Positions 19,760 through 30,193 of a DNA stretch of 64,000 bases are shown piece by piece. The stretch lies in the IMG/VR virus record IMGVR_UViG_3300042516_003202. One strand, given 5' to 3'. Position numbers and translations under genes: made by a program. The stretch is from a virus. Within the stretch, counting starts at the first letter, position 1. Each line of letters starts with the position of its first letter. The notes under the pieces were generated by a model that was given only the letters and a program-made list of their open reading frames with translations, was not told the origin of the DNA and ran no database searches.

Positions 19760-20335
19760 TCAGGTAATATCAGGTGCTCCACTAGCAGTGCTAGAAACAG
19801 CTTTCCACCAAAGAACTTGAAGTTCTACTGTAAATTCCTCAACAGTATCAGAGCTATCCATTGATAAATCAATTTGGGATATATTAGTTGGGAATAAACC
19901 ATAAAATTCATATTCTCTCATTACATCTCCAGATCTATCTAACTGGAAAACCTTTGCACTTTGGCTGTAATCTTCTGGATTAACTTCGCCACTAGCATCA
20001 TCTAGTTTGCTTATACCATTCATCCATTGCTCAAAAGCAGTTCTAATTGAAAAATCAGTATCGTTAAGGACAGTAATTGTCCATGTATCAAATGTTCTTT
20101 CGCCTGCTAATTTTAAAATTCTCCCCCTGAATGGTACATCAATAGGAGTTATATTTGATGCTGGTAAAGCTGCTGCTTTGACTAAAAACTGAGAATTTGT
20201 TTTTGCAGCAGCACCATCAATTGTTTGTGCGTTAAGTGACGTTGGAAAATTTAACTCCACTTCAAATAAATTGGGTCTAGCACCACCACCAGCTAGTTTT
20301 GCTCTAAATTGTTCAATAGTTCTTTTAGCGGCCAT
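19760..20335 (-). CDS. gp19: Tail tube protein
   Basis: GGGARPNLFEV, PFRGRILKLAGERTFDTW, FPTNISQIDL. Confidence 0.95.
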   Translation of the reverse strand: MAAKRTIEQFRAKLAGGGARPNLFEVELNFPTSLNAQTIDGAAAKTNSQFLVKAAALPASNITPIDVPFRGRILKLAGERTFDTWTITVLNDTDFSIRTAFEQWMNGISKLDDASGEVNPEDYSQSAKVFQLDRSGDVMREYEFYGLFPTNISQIDLSMDSSDTVEEFTVELQVLWWKAVSSTASGAPDIT

Positions 20336-20370
20336 TGTTTGTTACCTCTATTGTTTTTTGTATGGAAAAA

Positions 20371-22545
20371 TTAAACAGCAGATCCAATAATTTCTTCAAA
20401 AGAAACCCCTGTTCTAGTTGCAACAAAAGTTAACCCGATAAAGTTAATAGAACGAGCTGGTTTGATATAGATATCTGCTACAAGTTCATTACTGTCTATA
20501 ACAGAAGCAGTATTATTTGATTCGTCACAAACAACTCTATAATCAATTATTCCACCTCTAGCTTGAATTGCTCTTAAGAATGGATCAACAATATTTACAA
20601 AATTACTTCTAGTAACATCATCATTGAATTCGAAAAGTTGATCTCTTCCTGCAGCGGAAACTGCATTCTCAATATAAATGAACAATCTACGAACGTTAAT
20701 TCTGTCAAAGGCAGATGCTTTTGCTAATCCGGTTTTATCACCGAATAAGATAATTCCAGATCCTGGCGAGAAAATTACAGGATTGATTCTATTTGAATAA
20801 AGTCTATCTCTTTGTAATTTTGATGGATTGTATGCTAGTTTAACGGCATTTAAAATTGCACCTCTGGTTGTTCCTGCTGGAGAAGACCATGGGAACGCCT
20901 GAACATCATTTCTGGCACATAAACCTGCAATATCACCATTCAATGGGATGTATCTGAATGTTCCTGAGAATTTATCATACATGTACTTATATCCACTATC
21001 AAAAATTGCATAAGACGAGGATGGAATTGGCGAATAGAAACCAATGATATTTTCAGTTATTGTTGCGCTATTTATTGGAGTGAATGAAGATGTTCCACTC
21101 TCCAGTAACATAGATCCTTTATATGGGGATACAAAAGCTAAGCAATCCTGTCTTTCTTGTGCAACTGCAATAATTTTTGAAGCAATGGCTTGTGCAACTT
21201 CTTTTTCATAAGATGCCGAACCCATCAAAATAAAATCAATATCATATTCTTCTGTATTTGTTAACAAATCATATCCGGAGGATATATCTGTCAATGTTGT
21301 TGACAGTGCTCCAGATTCATCCAGTGAAGTTCCGCCATTATAATTTGCACCACCAGAAAGAGTATATGTTAGAGATCCTATGCCATCAAATATTAGATTA
21401 TTTGCTGTATTTTGATTCCAAGAACCATTTGATACTAAATTAAATGATGAAGTTGATAAACCACAAGTTACAACACCAACTGGTTGAGATCCTGCAAAAA
21501 TATAAGATGAACCTTCTCCAATATACTTATTCCAATAAGAAGGACTTCCTGCAGAATAAACTGCATTTTTTGCCTTTGAAAGTGAAAGATGTTTTTCTAA
21601 AATAGTACCTTCATTACCTGTAATTGATCCATTTCCATCTAATGCAACTACGTGAATTTCATCAAACCTAGATCCTCTAGCGGCAGCAAATCTAGATGTA
21701 GTAGGTCTATTTGCAACAGAATTCCATGGTATTGATACATTGTTTAAAGATATTGATTGATTGTCGAACCAATCTGGAGCACTAGTATATACAGTTGATC
21801 CCCAAGCAACATTTTGACCATTTGTATGTATGGCAACTGATCCAGAAGCAGAGAATCTCCATAAACCTTGTGGTTGATAATCAACTGGTGTTTCTGTGCC
21901 TGCAGCAGAAACATGACTTAAAACTTTTACTTCAACTTGATTTGTTGAAACTCCAGTAATTACTCCCTTAATATATCCAGTTAAAACTGAAGTTGTTCCT
22001 GCGCCAATGTTTACTCTACCTTCAACAGATTGAGTTACTGCATAACCAACTCTTGGAGTATATAATCCTCCTAAAGTTGTAATTCCTGTTAAAATTTGAT
22101 CAGATTTTGCATCTATAATTGCAACTTTTATTCCGTTTGCCCAAGAACCTGGATTTCTAGCGGCAAAAGTAACATTTGAAATCGAAGTTTCATCATATCC
22201 CTTGTTCACATAATCATCATAACTTTTAATTTTTATGCTTGATGCAGTTCCAACAAAAGCATTTTTTAAATTTGATCCATCAGATCTCAAAACAAGTAAA
22301 TTTCCACCATAAGCTAGGAATGAAGATCCAGCAAACCATCCCTCATAATGATTTCCAACGGTATATGGTTTACCATAATTGGTTAATAACTCTTGCTCAT
22401 TTGTTACTACAACAGCAGTTTCTACTGGTCCTTTTTCAAATGGTGCTACTAAAGCTGCAGTTGCATCTGAAGTTGGATCTACTCTACCAGAAGTTAGATC
22501 AACTTCTCTTACAATTATTCCAGGAGATGCTAAATTGAGTGGCAT
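20371..22545 (-). CDS. gp18: Tail sheath protein
   Basis: SPGIIVREVDLT, ARNPGSWAN, SPAGTTRG, FDRINVRRLF, IKPARSINFI. Confidence 0.97.
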   Translation of the reverse strand: MPLNLASPGIIVREVDLTSGRVDPTSDATAALVAPFEKGPVETAVVVTNEQELLTNYGKPYTVGNHYEGWFAGSSFLAYGGNLLVLRSDGSNLKNAFVGTASSIKIKSYDDYVNKGYDETSISNVTFAARNPGSWANGIKVAIIDAKSDQILTGITTLGGLYTPRVGYAVTQSVEGRVNIGAGTTSVLTGYIKGVITGVSTNQVEVKVLSHVSAAGTETPVDYQPQGLWRFSASGSVAIHTNGQNVAWGSTVYTSAPDWFDNQSISLNNVSIPWNSVANRPTTSRFAAARGSRFDEIHVVALDGNGSITGNEGTILEKHLSLSKAKNAVYSAGSPSYWNKYIGEGSSYIFAGSQPVGVVTCGLSTSSFNLVSNGSWNQNTANNLIFDGIGSLTYTLSGGANYNGGTSLDESGALSTTLTDISSGYDLLTNTEEYDIDFILMGSASYEKEVAQAIASKIIAVAQERQDCLAFVSPYKGSMLLESGTSSFTPINSATITENIIGFYSPIPSSSYAIFDSGYKYMYDKFSGTFRYIPLNGDIAGLCARNDVQAFPWSSPAGTTRGAILNAVKLAYNPSKLQRDRLYSNRINPVIFSPGSGIILFGDKTGLAKASAFDRINVRRLFIYIENAVSAAGRDQLFEFNDDVTRSNFVNIVDPFLRAIQARGGIIDYRVVCDESNNTASVIDSNELVADIYIKPARSINFIGLTFVATRTGVSFEEIIGSAV

Positions 22546-22630
22546 CTTATTTCTCCTTATAATCCAAGATTATTCTAGAAATATTTATTATTTTATCTCT
22601 TTCAACTGGGGAAACGGTGCATGAACAATA

Positions 22631-22858
22631 TCACCAATCTGGGTATTCCCAATTATTGCTATAAATTTTTTTCTTTTTAGATTCAATAATTCTTTGTATT
22701 GTGCATTCTTTACATTCGTAAGAGTATGATGAAGATAATGTGGTTTTTTTTCTAATTTTATAAAAAGAATCAGTTAGCATTTTTGTTTTTTTACATGTTC
22801 TACATTTTCTTTCAGTCAATAATAAATGTTCTAAATTAAATTGATCGTCTAAGTCCAT
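22631..22858 (-). CDS. Small CxxC...CxxC zinc-finger protein
   Basis: CRTC and CKEC pairs; between gp17 and gp18. Confidence 0.7.
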   Translation of the reverse strand: MDLDDQFNLEHLLLTERKCRTCKKTKMLTDSFYKIRKKTTLSSSYSYECKECTIQRIIESKKKKIYSNNWEYPDW

Positions 22859-24532
22859 TTACATATAATCCCACATGTAACTTCTATCCCCATATTCATC
22901 AAAATGCCACGTATCTCCATTAGGATCTGTGAATGTTGAACTATCTTCAAGACCTGTTGATATAAATCCAAAAGGTGACATATCTGCTTCTATTTGATCT
23001 TCTTGTTCTTCATATATTCTTTTTCTAATATCATCATTCGTCATCTCCTTAAAGTAGGGTTGAGCAACTAACCATGCAAAAATAACAAGGCACATTACCA
23101 AATCATCATTACAACCTTCTTCTGCCATAAAGGTGCTATTACGTTGAATAAACGTTGTCATTTCACTAATAATTTCATAATCATTAGTTAATAATTTATC
23201 ATCTTCTATTAATGTTCTTAAATTAGAGCAACCTAATTTTTTAACAGCAGCAGTCATTCTAATTCCCAAATAAGACTTTTTGCCACTAAAACCAGTTCCA
23301 ACTATTTGCCCAGCTCGTCCTCTCTGTGAGCACATAAGAATATTATCATATTCCAAATCATAATGAAGTATGTTTGCTATTTGATCTCCAATATCATTAA
23401 TTTCAACCAATATCCAAGCATGATTATATGCTTTTGCAACAGGCTCTATAACACTTGGAAATAGCATAGGTTTTATTTCATTATTCCTATATTTTGCTAC
23501 AACTTTATATGGGAATGCAGTTATGTCCACAACTACAAATGCAGAATAATCATTTCCTATTCCTCTTGCAACGTCAACTGTAATCATGTAATTATGTTCT
23601 GGAATAGGATCTTCATAAATATCCAATCCTTTGTTTTTCTTTATAGGATCTTCATAAACTAAATTTCTTAATTTTGAAGCATTTATAAGAGTATCAACAG
23701 ATCCTAAAAACTCACATTCAAACTCAACTTTGAATTGTTGTTCTGAAGTGTTTGCAATTGTAGATGCTTTCCATTTTTCATCTCTTCCAGGAACCTCTGA
23801 CCAGTGAACATCAGTAGGCACATATTCGTTCTTACCTCTTTCTGCATCATGCCACTTGCGGTAAAAGTGATTCATACCGCGAGGTGTAGAAACTATAATA
23901 ACTTTTGTACTTTGACCTGATGAAATTGTAGGATAGGTGGATGCAAAGAAATCATCCGCAATATGGTTTGGAATGAATGCAAATTCGTCCAGGAATATGA
24001 TGTTATATGATCCTCCACGAACCGCAGAGGCGCTTGTAGAGGCAGCGACTATCTTTGATCCGTTTTCCAGTTCTAAACTTCCCCTGTTCCACTGTAGAAC
24101 CCCCTGCTGCATCCATTTGGGTAGGTTCTCATAAGCAAGTTGTAATCTTTGAAGAAGATCACGTGCGGTTGATGCTTTGTTTGCAAGAATAGCAATATTT
24201 ACGTTGTCATTAAAAACTGCATAATGTAACAAGTAAGATACGCACGTTGTTGATTTACCAGTCTGACGAGGCATCTTACAGATATTAAATCTGTGCTTAT
24301 GGAAATTATTGATTAACTTTTCTTGAAATGGATAAAGACTAAATGGAACTAATCCGTGATCAAGAGAAACAATTTTGATATAGTTTTTTGCAAAATATAC
24401 TGGATCTTCCTTACATTTTAAAAATTCAATAACCTGTTCTTCTGTCCAAGAGAATGAGGTATTTGCTCTTTTTAAATTCGGGTTAGAAAGATAAGCATCA
24501 GATTGCTTAAGTTGAATATCTTGAATCGACAT
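22859..24532 (-). CDS. gp17: Terminase large subunit
   Basis: PRQTGKST Walker A, FLDEFAF, QEF-like VEFECEF, DVARG, HDD-like NDDLVM. Confidence 0.97.
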   Translation of the reverse strand: MSIQDIQLKQSDAYLSNPNLKRANTSFSWTEEQVIEFLKCKEDPVYFAKNYIKIVSLDHGLVPFSLYPFQEKLINNFHKHRFNICKMPRQTGKSTTCVSYLLHYAVFNDNVNIAILANKASTARDLLQRLQLAYENLPKWMQQGVLQWNRGSLELENGSKIVAASTSASAVRGGSYNIIFLDEFAFIPNHIADDFFASTYPTISSGQSTKVIIVSTPRGMNHFYRKWHDAERGKNEYVPTDVHWSEVPGRDEKWKASTIANTSEQQFKVEFECEFLGSVDTLINASKLRNLVYEDPIKKNKGLDIYEDPIPEHNYMITVDVARGIGNDYSAFVVVDITAFPYKVVAKYRNNEIKPMLFPSVIEPVAKAYNHAWILVEINDIGDQIANILHYDLEYDNILMCSQRGRAGQIVGTGFSGKKSYLGIRMTAAVKKLGCSNLRTLIEDDKLLTNDYEIISEMTTFIQRNSTFMAEEGCNDDLVMCLVIFAWLVAQPYFKEMTNDDIRKRIYEEQEDQIEADMSPFGFISTGLEDSSTFTDPNGDTWHFDEYGDRSYMWDYM

Positions 24533-24537
24533 AAAAT

Positions 24538-25812
24538 TTACCTCTGTTCAATCCAGTTCAATACTGCAAGTGCTGCTTTGTTTGTGTTTGGAGATGCACA
24601 AGCAAGTGTATAAGTATCACTGATTGTACCAATACCACTTCTACCCAACTGTAGTGCTGCTTTACTATCAACTTCAATTAATTGAGAACCCCCACCAACA
24701 GTAAATCCATTTAATAAGTTAGTTCCACCACTAAGTGCAGTTGCAGTGATATTGTATTGAATAAAAGAATTTGGGTCTGGATGGTCTACCCAAGTCCCAC
24801 CAGTAAGAGTTGCATTTTCAACAAGTCTCCAATAAACATTAGTATTATCATTTGTTGCTGCTTGCAATGACCTCAATAACATCACACCAGTCAAATTATT
24901 TGATTTCAAACGAAGACTTATGATTGGATAAAATGTATTTGCAGATGCCATTGTTGTCCCAGTGATGGGATTATTAATACTCAAAAGAGTTCCAAGTTTT
25001 TCTGGTTCTCCTTCTTGGATGAGAGAATTTGACCCCTGATAGAGATAATGAGTTCCCGCAACACCAGTTACATTTTCTATCTCTACCCTAATTGGTAAGA
25101 ATGGAGTTCCACACCAAACTGTATTATTCGTATTTGAATTATCAAAGGTGTGACTATGAATGGTTTCATTCTTCATCAACCAATTAAATTGAACTAATCC
25201 TGCACCATACCATTCATAATTAATGGAAATCATTTGTTGTTTTGTTGGATCTGCAGTTACTCCAGTCCATCCATTTCCATCAAACTTTTCTCCATTCCAG
25301 TTTTCTCTAGTGACTCTAGTTTCTGTAGTAATTCCAGTTGTAGTGCTGCGAATTACATAAGAATATGTTCCACCGTCATCTTCAAAAAATGTTCCATTAT
25401 ATTCATCAAACAATCCAAATCTTCTGCGAATACCGACTTGTGGTTGTTCAAGACGAATCGCAAATGCCAGAGTTGCACTCCTACCTGGAATGTATCTCAT
25501 CACCTGTTTGGTTTGACGGATGACTCTACTTCCCGCAGTAGAACCTACCTGCAATATAACATTGCTGGCATTTACATTATGTGTTGCAGTTCCAACTCCA
25601 ACTACTCTTTCATCCCATACATCAGTTTCTTTTCCATATTGAAAAGTATTGAAGAAAACTGTTTGATATGGGGCAACTTTGAGTCTGTTGCTGTTAGAAA
25701 ATTGAGGACGCCAATCAGTTTGGTTTCCCCAATGATCTGCAATATTAAAAACCTCAAAGAGACTTCTCTCTTGATTTAGATAGTCTTGTTCATTCTTATT
25801 CCACTGAGCCAT
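24538..25812 (-). CDS. Hypothetical beta-rich (probable virion) protein
   Basis: 424-aa ORF between gp16 and gp17. Confidence 0.7.
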   Translation of the reverse strand: MAQWNKNEQDYLNQERSLFEVFNIADHWGNQTDWRPQFSNSNRLKVAPYQTVFFNTFQYGKETDVWDERVVGVGTATHNVNASNVILQVGSTAGSRVIRQTKQVMRYIPGRSATLAFAIRLEQPQVGIRRRFGLFDEYNGTFFEDDGGTYSYVIRSTTTGITTETRVTRENWNGEKFDGNGWTGVTADPTKQQMISINYEWYGAGLVQFNWLMKNETIHSHTFDNSNTNNTVWCGTPFLPIRVEIENVTGVAGTHYLYQGSNSLIQEGEPEKLGTLLSINNPITGTTMASANTFYPIISLRLKSNNLTGVMLLRSLQAATNDNTNVYWRLVENATLTGGTWVDHPDPNSFIQYNITATALSGGTNLLNGFTVGGGSQLIEVDSKAALQLGRSGIGTISDTYTLACASPNTNKAALAVLNWIEQR

Positions 25813-25814
25813 TA

Positions 25815-26123
25815 TTAATCACTCCAAGATAATCTTTCTGGTCTGTATCTTTGTGCGCTTTTAACTGTTACTGAACTTTGTGAAATGGGATAAACATTAT
25901 GAACAATTGCGCCAGGATATTCTCCCTGCAAATGCTCCGCAAGTTCATTTTTACTCATCATACTTCCTTCAATTTCCATACGGTATATTTTTCCTTCCCA
26001 AACTACATCAGCAACAAAAGACTCTTTTGCCTCTTCTGGTTGTGAAGAATTCATATAAAGATTTCCGTTGAAATCTCCTTGTATGGTAACGCTTTCTGAA
26101 AGAAACTGTTTAAAACTTTTCAT
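25815..26123 (-). CDS. Putative internal head protein with T4-like capsid targeting sequence (MKSFKQFLSE)
   Basis: ATG at 26123; N-terminus resembles the T4 IP targeting sequence MKT(F/Y)xEFxxE. Confidence 0.6.
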   Translation of the reverse strand: MKSFKQFLSESVTIQGDFNGNLYMNSSQPEEAKESFVADVVWEGKIYRMEIEGSMMSKNELAEHLQGEYPGAIVHNVYPISQSSVTVKSAQRYRPERLSWSD

Positions 26124-26128
26124 TTGTA

Positions 26129-27505
26129 TTACCACTTAACTTTGTTTGCCCAATATGCAGCGGACATTGGTCCTTTTGCAATATTTTTTGCATGTCTTGT
26201 TTGAAATCTGTGGCGACGAGATGCGTATTCTTTGGACTCACCTTTTTTCTTTGGAGATCCTTTTACTCCTCTTTGTCCAAAACGAATGATCTTTTCTTTA
26301 CCACCAGAACATGCTTTTACAACATGAGACTTACCCGTGAGCGAATCGCCCACGGGATCAGACTTTGGGGAGTTGCACTTCATCTTGGACTTGTCAACTG
26401 CCTCCATAAAATCATCAAAAGTTTTTCCTTCAGGAACACAGTTTGGAACTTGACGCCCATTTTTCAATTTAGTTCCTTTTGCCTTATAACCATCCCAACA
26501 CTTACTAGCACCAACATTTTTACGTGCCTGCTTTAAACCTTCTTCAATACCTAACATTCTGCTTCCAATACCCTCTGATGCTTTTAGTGGTTCTGGTTTA
26601 ATTATGTCAATAAATTCCGCATAATGATTGCCATTTGCATCTTCAATAGAAACTGACTCTTTGTTAATTCTTGGAAGGTCTGTTCCTAAAACTTTTTTTA
26701 CTTTTTCTTTTGGTAACTGTGCTTGTTGAGCAGTTGTCATTTGTTGCAGTTTTCTAGAAGCATTTGTAGTTCTTACTTCTTTATGCCTTGGACCAATATC
26801 AAAACTTACACCTTCTGCTTTCATTTCGCCACTATTTACATAATCTGCTGCACTATCTAGATAATCTGCTGCTTTAGTAATTTTTGATTGAACCCATGCT
26901 TCTAAACTACCCTCACCTTTACCCATTTTCTTTTTTAGTCTTTTGGCAGCAGAAATAATCGTAGAAATCTCTGAACGTGCCATAGAGTACTCATGATCCT
27001 TTTCCTCATTTGCTGGATGAGGTCTATTAGGATCATAAGCATGAGAACTTAAAGTAATTGGTGTTGAGAACATATCCCAATACTTTGGACCATACTTACA
27101 AGCATCTCTAGTTTCATTTTTTTCACACCTTGGGCAATATCTTTGCATTTCAGCTTGCTCTGGAATATCTAAAGTTTTTGGATATCCTTTTTCACCAGGT
27201 TTTTTGCGGGGTTTTCCTGCTTTTCTGCGGGCATGGATATTTGCCCAAAGACCTTTACCTTCCGTAACGTCTTTAAACTTTTGATGTTCTTTCTTTGCAG
27301 AAGTTTCCATTTTTTTAAGTCTTGTATAGTAATCTGGTATTTCGTCCAGGTGTTGTAATGCTATTTCTGTAGCAAGTTTATGATCTTTGGTATGCTCATG
27401 CTCTATAGGCTCTCCCATATCAAGCTGTTTTTGTATAAAAGAAACTTCAAGGCGATGCTTCTTTGCAATTTGTTCAACAGTTTTATATGGTTTTAATTTT
27501 TGCAC
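26129..27505 (-). CDS. Modular hypothetical late protein (possible processed internal head polyprotein)
   Basis: EHEHT...IALQHLDEIPDYY, EKDHEYSMARSE and CWDGYKAKGTK..NCVPE modules; CTAAATA upstream. Confidence 0.7.
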   Translation of the reverse strand: MQKLKPYKTVEQIAKKHRLEVSFIQKQLDMGEPIEHEHTKDHKLATEIALQHLDEIPDYYTRLKKMETSAKKEHQKFKDVTEGKGLWANIHARRKAGKPRKKPGEKGYPKTLDIPEQAEMQRYCPRCEKNETRDACKYGPKYWDMFSTPITLSSHAYDPNRPHPANEEKDHEYSMARSEISTIISAAKRLKKKMGKGEGSLEAWVQSKITKAADYLDSAADYVNSGEMKAEGVSFDIGPRHKEVRTTNASRKLQQMTTAQQAQLPKEKVKKVLGTDLPRINKESVSIEDANGNHYAEFIDIIKPEPLKASEGIGSRMLGIEEGLKQARKNVGASKCWDGYKAKGTKLKNGRQVPNCVPEGKTFDDFMEAVDKSKMKCNSPKSDPVGDSLTGKSHVVKACSGGKEKIIRFGQRGVKGSPKKKGESKEYASRRHRFQTRHAKNIAKGPMSAAYWANKVKW

Positions 27506-27515
27506 AGTTAAAAAA

Positions 27516-27953
27516 TTAGTCCTTGTTATTATTTAGAAAACCTTGTTTTAATAACTTGGAAAGTTCTGAAGTAGATCCTACAAAAACTGCATTATTGGTT
27601 ACATTATTGGTAGTTCTTACTGCTTCTTCTTCAACATCTTTTAATTTTTTCTGCAAATCTATGAGTTTATCTGTTGTATCAGCAACGTTTTTTATAAGTT
27701 GACCAGCAACTTCATATGCTCTGGGACTTCCACCTTCTCCAGCAAGTTCCATAATCCCATTAATTGCCTCTTGACCTTTTTCAATTAATGAGTATAAATT
27801 TGCCCTTGTATATTCATAATCTTTTTTTATATCATTTTGTTCTTCTGGTTTAATAATTTCTATTTCACAATCTTTAGAATCACTTTCAATTATTTGGGCG
27901 TCAAGGTTTAATGCTTTATCCAGTTTATCGTAACTATTTTTCATATCAATCAA
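27516..27953 (-). CDS. gp16: Terminase small subunit
   Basis: DYEYTRANL, PRAYEVAGQLIK, NNAVFVGSTSEL. Confidence 0.93.
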   Translation of the reverse strand: MIDMKNSYDKLDKALNLDAQIIESDSKDCEIEIIKPEEQNDIKKDYEYTRANLYSLIEKGQEAINGIMELAGEGGSPRAYEVAGQLIKNVADTTDKLIDLQKKLKDVEEEAVRTTNNVTNNAVFVGSTSELSKLLKQGFLNNNKD

Positions 27954-28792
27954 ATATCAGATTTTTGAGTTGGACTGTATGATTTAGAGTCATCAAAAAA
28001 CTCCCAAGAATCACTAAATCCAAAATCATCATCAGGATCAATAAATGGTCTATCTGATGAATTGATAACACCATCGTTATTGTAGTCAACCTTTGCTTCA
28101 GCCACTGCTGTATATCTCATTTCCCTTTTAGCAGTAGAAACATTGGAATCTGAATAAGCATCAATTTGAACCTTACGAATTAGACCATCTGTAGATTCTG
28201 CTATAGGACCAAACATGTAAGTTTTTGCCGTAAATTGTAAAGTATAAATTAAAGCTCTTCTTGTGGAAAAATCACCTTCATAATCATCTTGAAAAGAAAT
28301 GTTCTCTAAAACTACTGGAACATCTCTCTTTTCTCCTATAGAATCAATTAAATCAATAGTTAATGTAAATCCTGGTTGAAAATATGGCAAAATTTGTTCA
28401 ACTATTTGAAGAGCATCATCATTAAGTTTGCTCAAAATGTTCAATTCAAATCCAATATTATATGGAACCGGCATATAAACTTTTTTTAAATTTTGACCAT
28501 CAGAAGCTTTAAAGGTTTGTGTTATTCCAGATTTTCTCGTTGAATCATATTGAATACTATTCATTTCAAACGACATTCTGGGCAATGTTATTTGAACTGG
28601 TTTGTTTAAATCTGATTGTTGTTCAATTCTCGCCAAAAACTTTTGAGATGGTCCATAAGCAAGAGGAACTCTTATTTCACTATACGTGTCGCCATCAGAA
28701 TCTTTATGTTTTATATAAATCTGATTAAATAAAGTTCCAAATGAAACTATTGTTTTTCTAATAATTTCGTGATAGTAATAAGTTCCTAACAT
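27950..28792 (-). CDS. gp15: Tail sheath stabilizer/completion protein
   Basis: YYYHEIIRK, VPLAYGP, LPRMSFE, QILPYFQP. Confidence 0.95.
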   Translation of the reverse strand: MLGTYYYHEIIRKTIVSFGTLFNQIYIKHKDSDGDTYSEIRVPLAYGPSQKFLARIEQQSDLNKPVQITLPRMSFEMNSIQYDSTRKSGITQTFKASDGQNLKKVYMPVPYNIGFELNILSKLNDDALQIVEQILPYFQPGFTLTIDLIDSIGEKRDVPVVLENISFQDDYEGDFSTRRALIYTLQFTAKTYMFGPIAESTDGLIRKVQIDAYSDSNVSTAKREMRYTAVAEAKVDYNNDGVINSSDRPFIDPDDDFGFSDSWEFFDDSKSYSPTQKSDI

Positions 28793-30192
28793 TAGTAATT
28801 ACCGAATGGATTTGATTCAGAGAAATCGAGAATAAGATCTGCTTCTTCTTCAATTTCATCATTTTGTTGATATTTATCAACAAATTCACCTTGAGATGCT
28901 ATTTTTAAAGTATAAGTTGCAGAAGAGGCCGTTCCTATTATAGATTCACCAGCAATAAATGATCCATTTATAGTTCCTATCTGTAAAATATTAGTATCTT
29001 TGTCCCAAGATTTAACTCTTGCTGTTGTTCCAGACTGTGAACCTCTAACAATTTCATTAAATTTATACGTTCCTATACCAGTCATTAATGGTGGAGGTGC
29101 AATAGTTATTATTGGGTTAGATGTATAACCTAGACCAGCATCTCTTATTAAAATTTGTGTTATTGTTCCAGAAGAACCAACAACTGAAATTCCCCTTGCA
29201 GTTATTCCCGATCCAATATTAGGAGAACTAAATGTAACAACTGGTGGATTTACATATCCACCTCCGGTTGTTTGAATACCAGTAACTCTTGCACCATAAT
29301 ATCCCTGTACTAATTCTGCTGTTGCTGCTGCACCAACACCATACCCATTAGAATGTATTGTTACTGTTGGGATTGTAGTATATCCAGATCCGGGATTTGT
29401 TAATAAAATTTCTTTAATAGAACAAATACCACCTTTACAGGTTGTAATTGCAACACCAGAAGCTTTTGTTCCTCCGGATGGTGGTAAACTAAAAGAAACT
29501 GTCGGTATTCCTACATACCCACTTCCATCATTGTTTATAAAAACTCTTCTAATATAACCACTAGAAATACCTGCAGTTGCTGTTGCAGTTTGACCAAAAG
29601 AAAATAAAGACAAAGAAGAAATATAACCTTGAGATTGTAAAGTCCCATCAATTTCATCAACTGCAGTATTGGAGTCTGAAAATCCACCAATTTCATCTTC
29701 ATATTCAAATAATTCACATTTTAATTCATAAACATAATTTTTCCCTAACTGATAAAATGGTTGCTCATGCTCTACAAATTTAACTTCAAACAACCTTTTT
29801 CCTAATGGAAAATATATTATATCTCCTTCTCTTGGTCTAGATGATAAAGTAATCTCATTATCGTCCATTGATTCTAAAAATGGAACAATAAAGTCTTCAA
29901 ATCGTTCTCTTGATATTATCAGAACTAATTCATCTCTTAAACTCATTCCAAATTTAGTTAAAATATCTCCAGACCCTCCATATCCTTCGTAATTGCTAAC
30001 ATAAGCTTCTATAGAAAAATTATCATCAAATCTAGATGATGTTACTTCATTCAGAATTGTATCTTTTCTTACAAATTTTCTTGGTATGTATAAAACTTCA
30101 ACACCATAAATTTTGAGTTGTTCATTTATCAATTCTTGAACTAATCTTTGTTCTCCTGGAGAACCTTGAAGAAAAAATGGATTTAATGCCAT
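28792..30192 (-). CDS. gp14: Neck protein with inserted Gly-rich repeat domain
   Basis: NPFFLQGSPGEQRLVQELINE, REGDIIYFP, DFSESNPFG. Confidence 0.93.
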   Translation of the reverse strand: MALNPFFLQGSPGEQRLVQELINEQLKIYGVEVLYIPRKFVRKDTILNEVTSSRFDDNFSIEAYVSNYEGYGGSGDILTKFGMSLRDELVLIISRERFEDFIVPFLESMDDNEITLSSRPREGDIIYFPLGKRLFEVKFVEHEQPFYQLGKNYVYELKCELFEYEDEIGGFSDSNTAVDEIDGTLQSQGYISSLSLFSFGQTATATAGISSGYIRRVFINNDGSGYVGIPTVSFSLPPSGGTKASGVAITTCKGGICSIKEILLTNPGSGYTTIPTVTIHSNGYGVGAAATAELVQGYYGARVTGIQTTGGGYVNPPVVTFSSPNIGSGITARGISVVGSSGTITQILIRDAGLGYTSNPIITIAPPPLMTGIGTYKFNEIVRGSQSGTTARVKSWDKDTNILQIGTINGSFIAGESIIGTASSATYTLKIASQGEFVDKYQQNDEIEEEADLILDFSESNPFGNY

Positions 30193-30193
30193 A

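Noticed and set aside
14165-24532. Introns, inteins or homing endonucleases in gp23, gp20, gp18, gp17
   Set aside because: The ORFs are continuous and of ordinary length; no LAGLIDADG/HNH/GIY-YIG or intein motifs seen.
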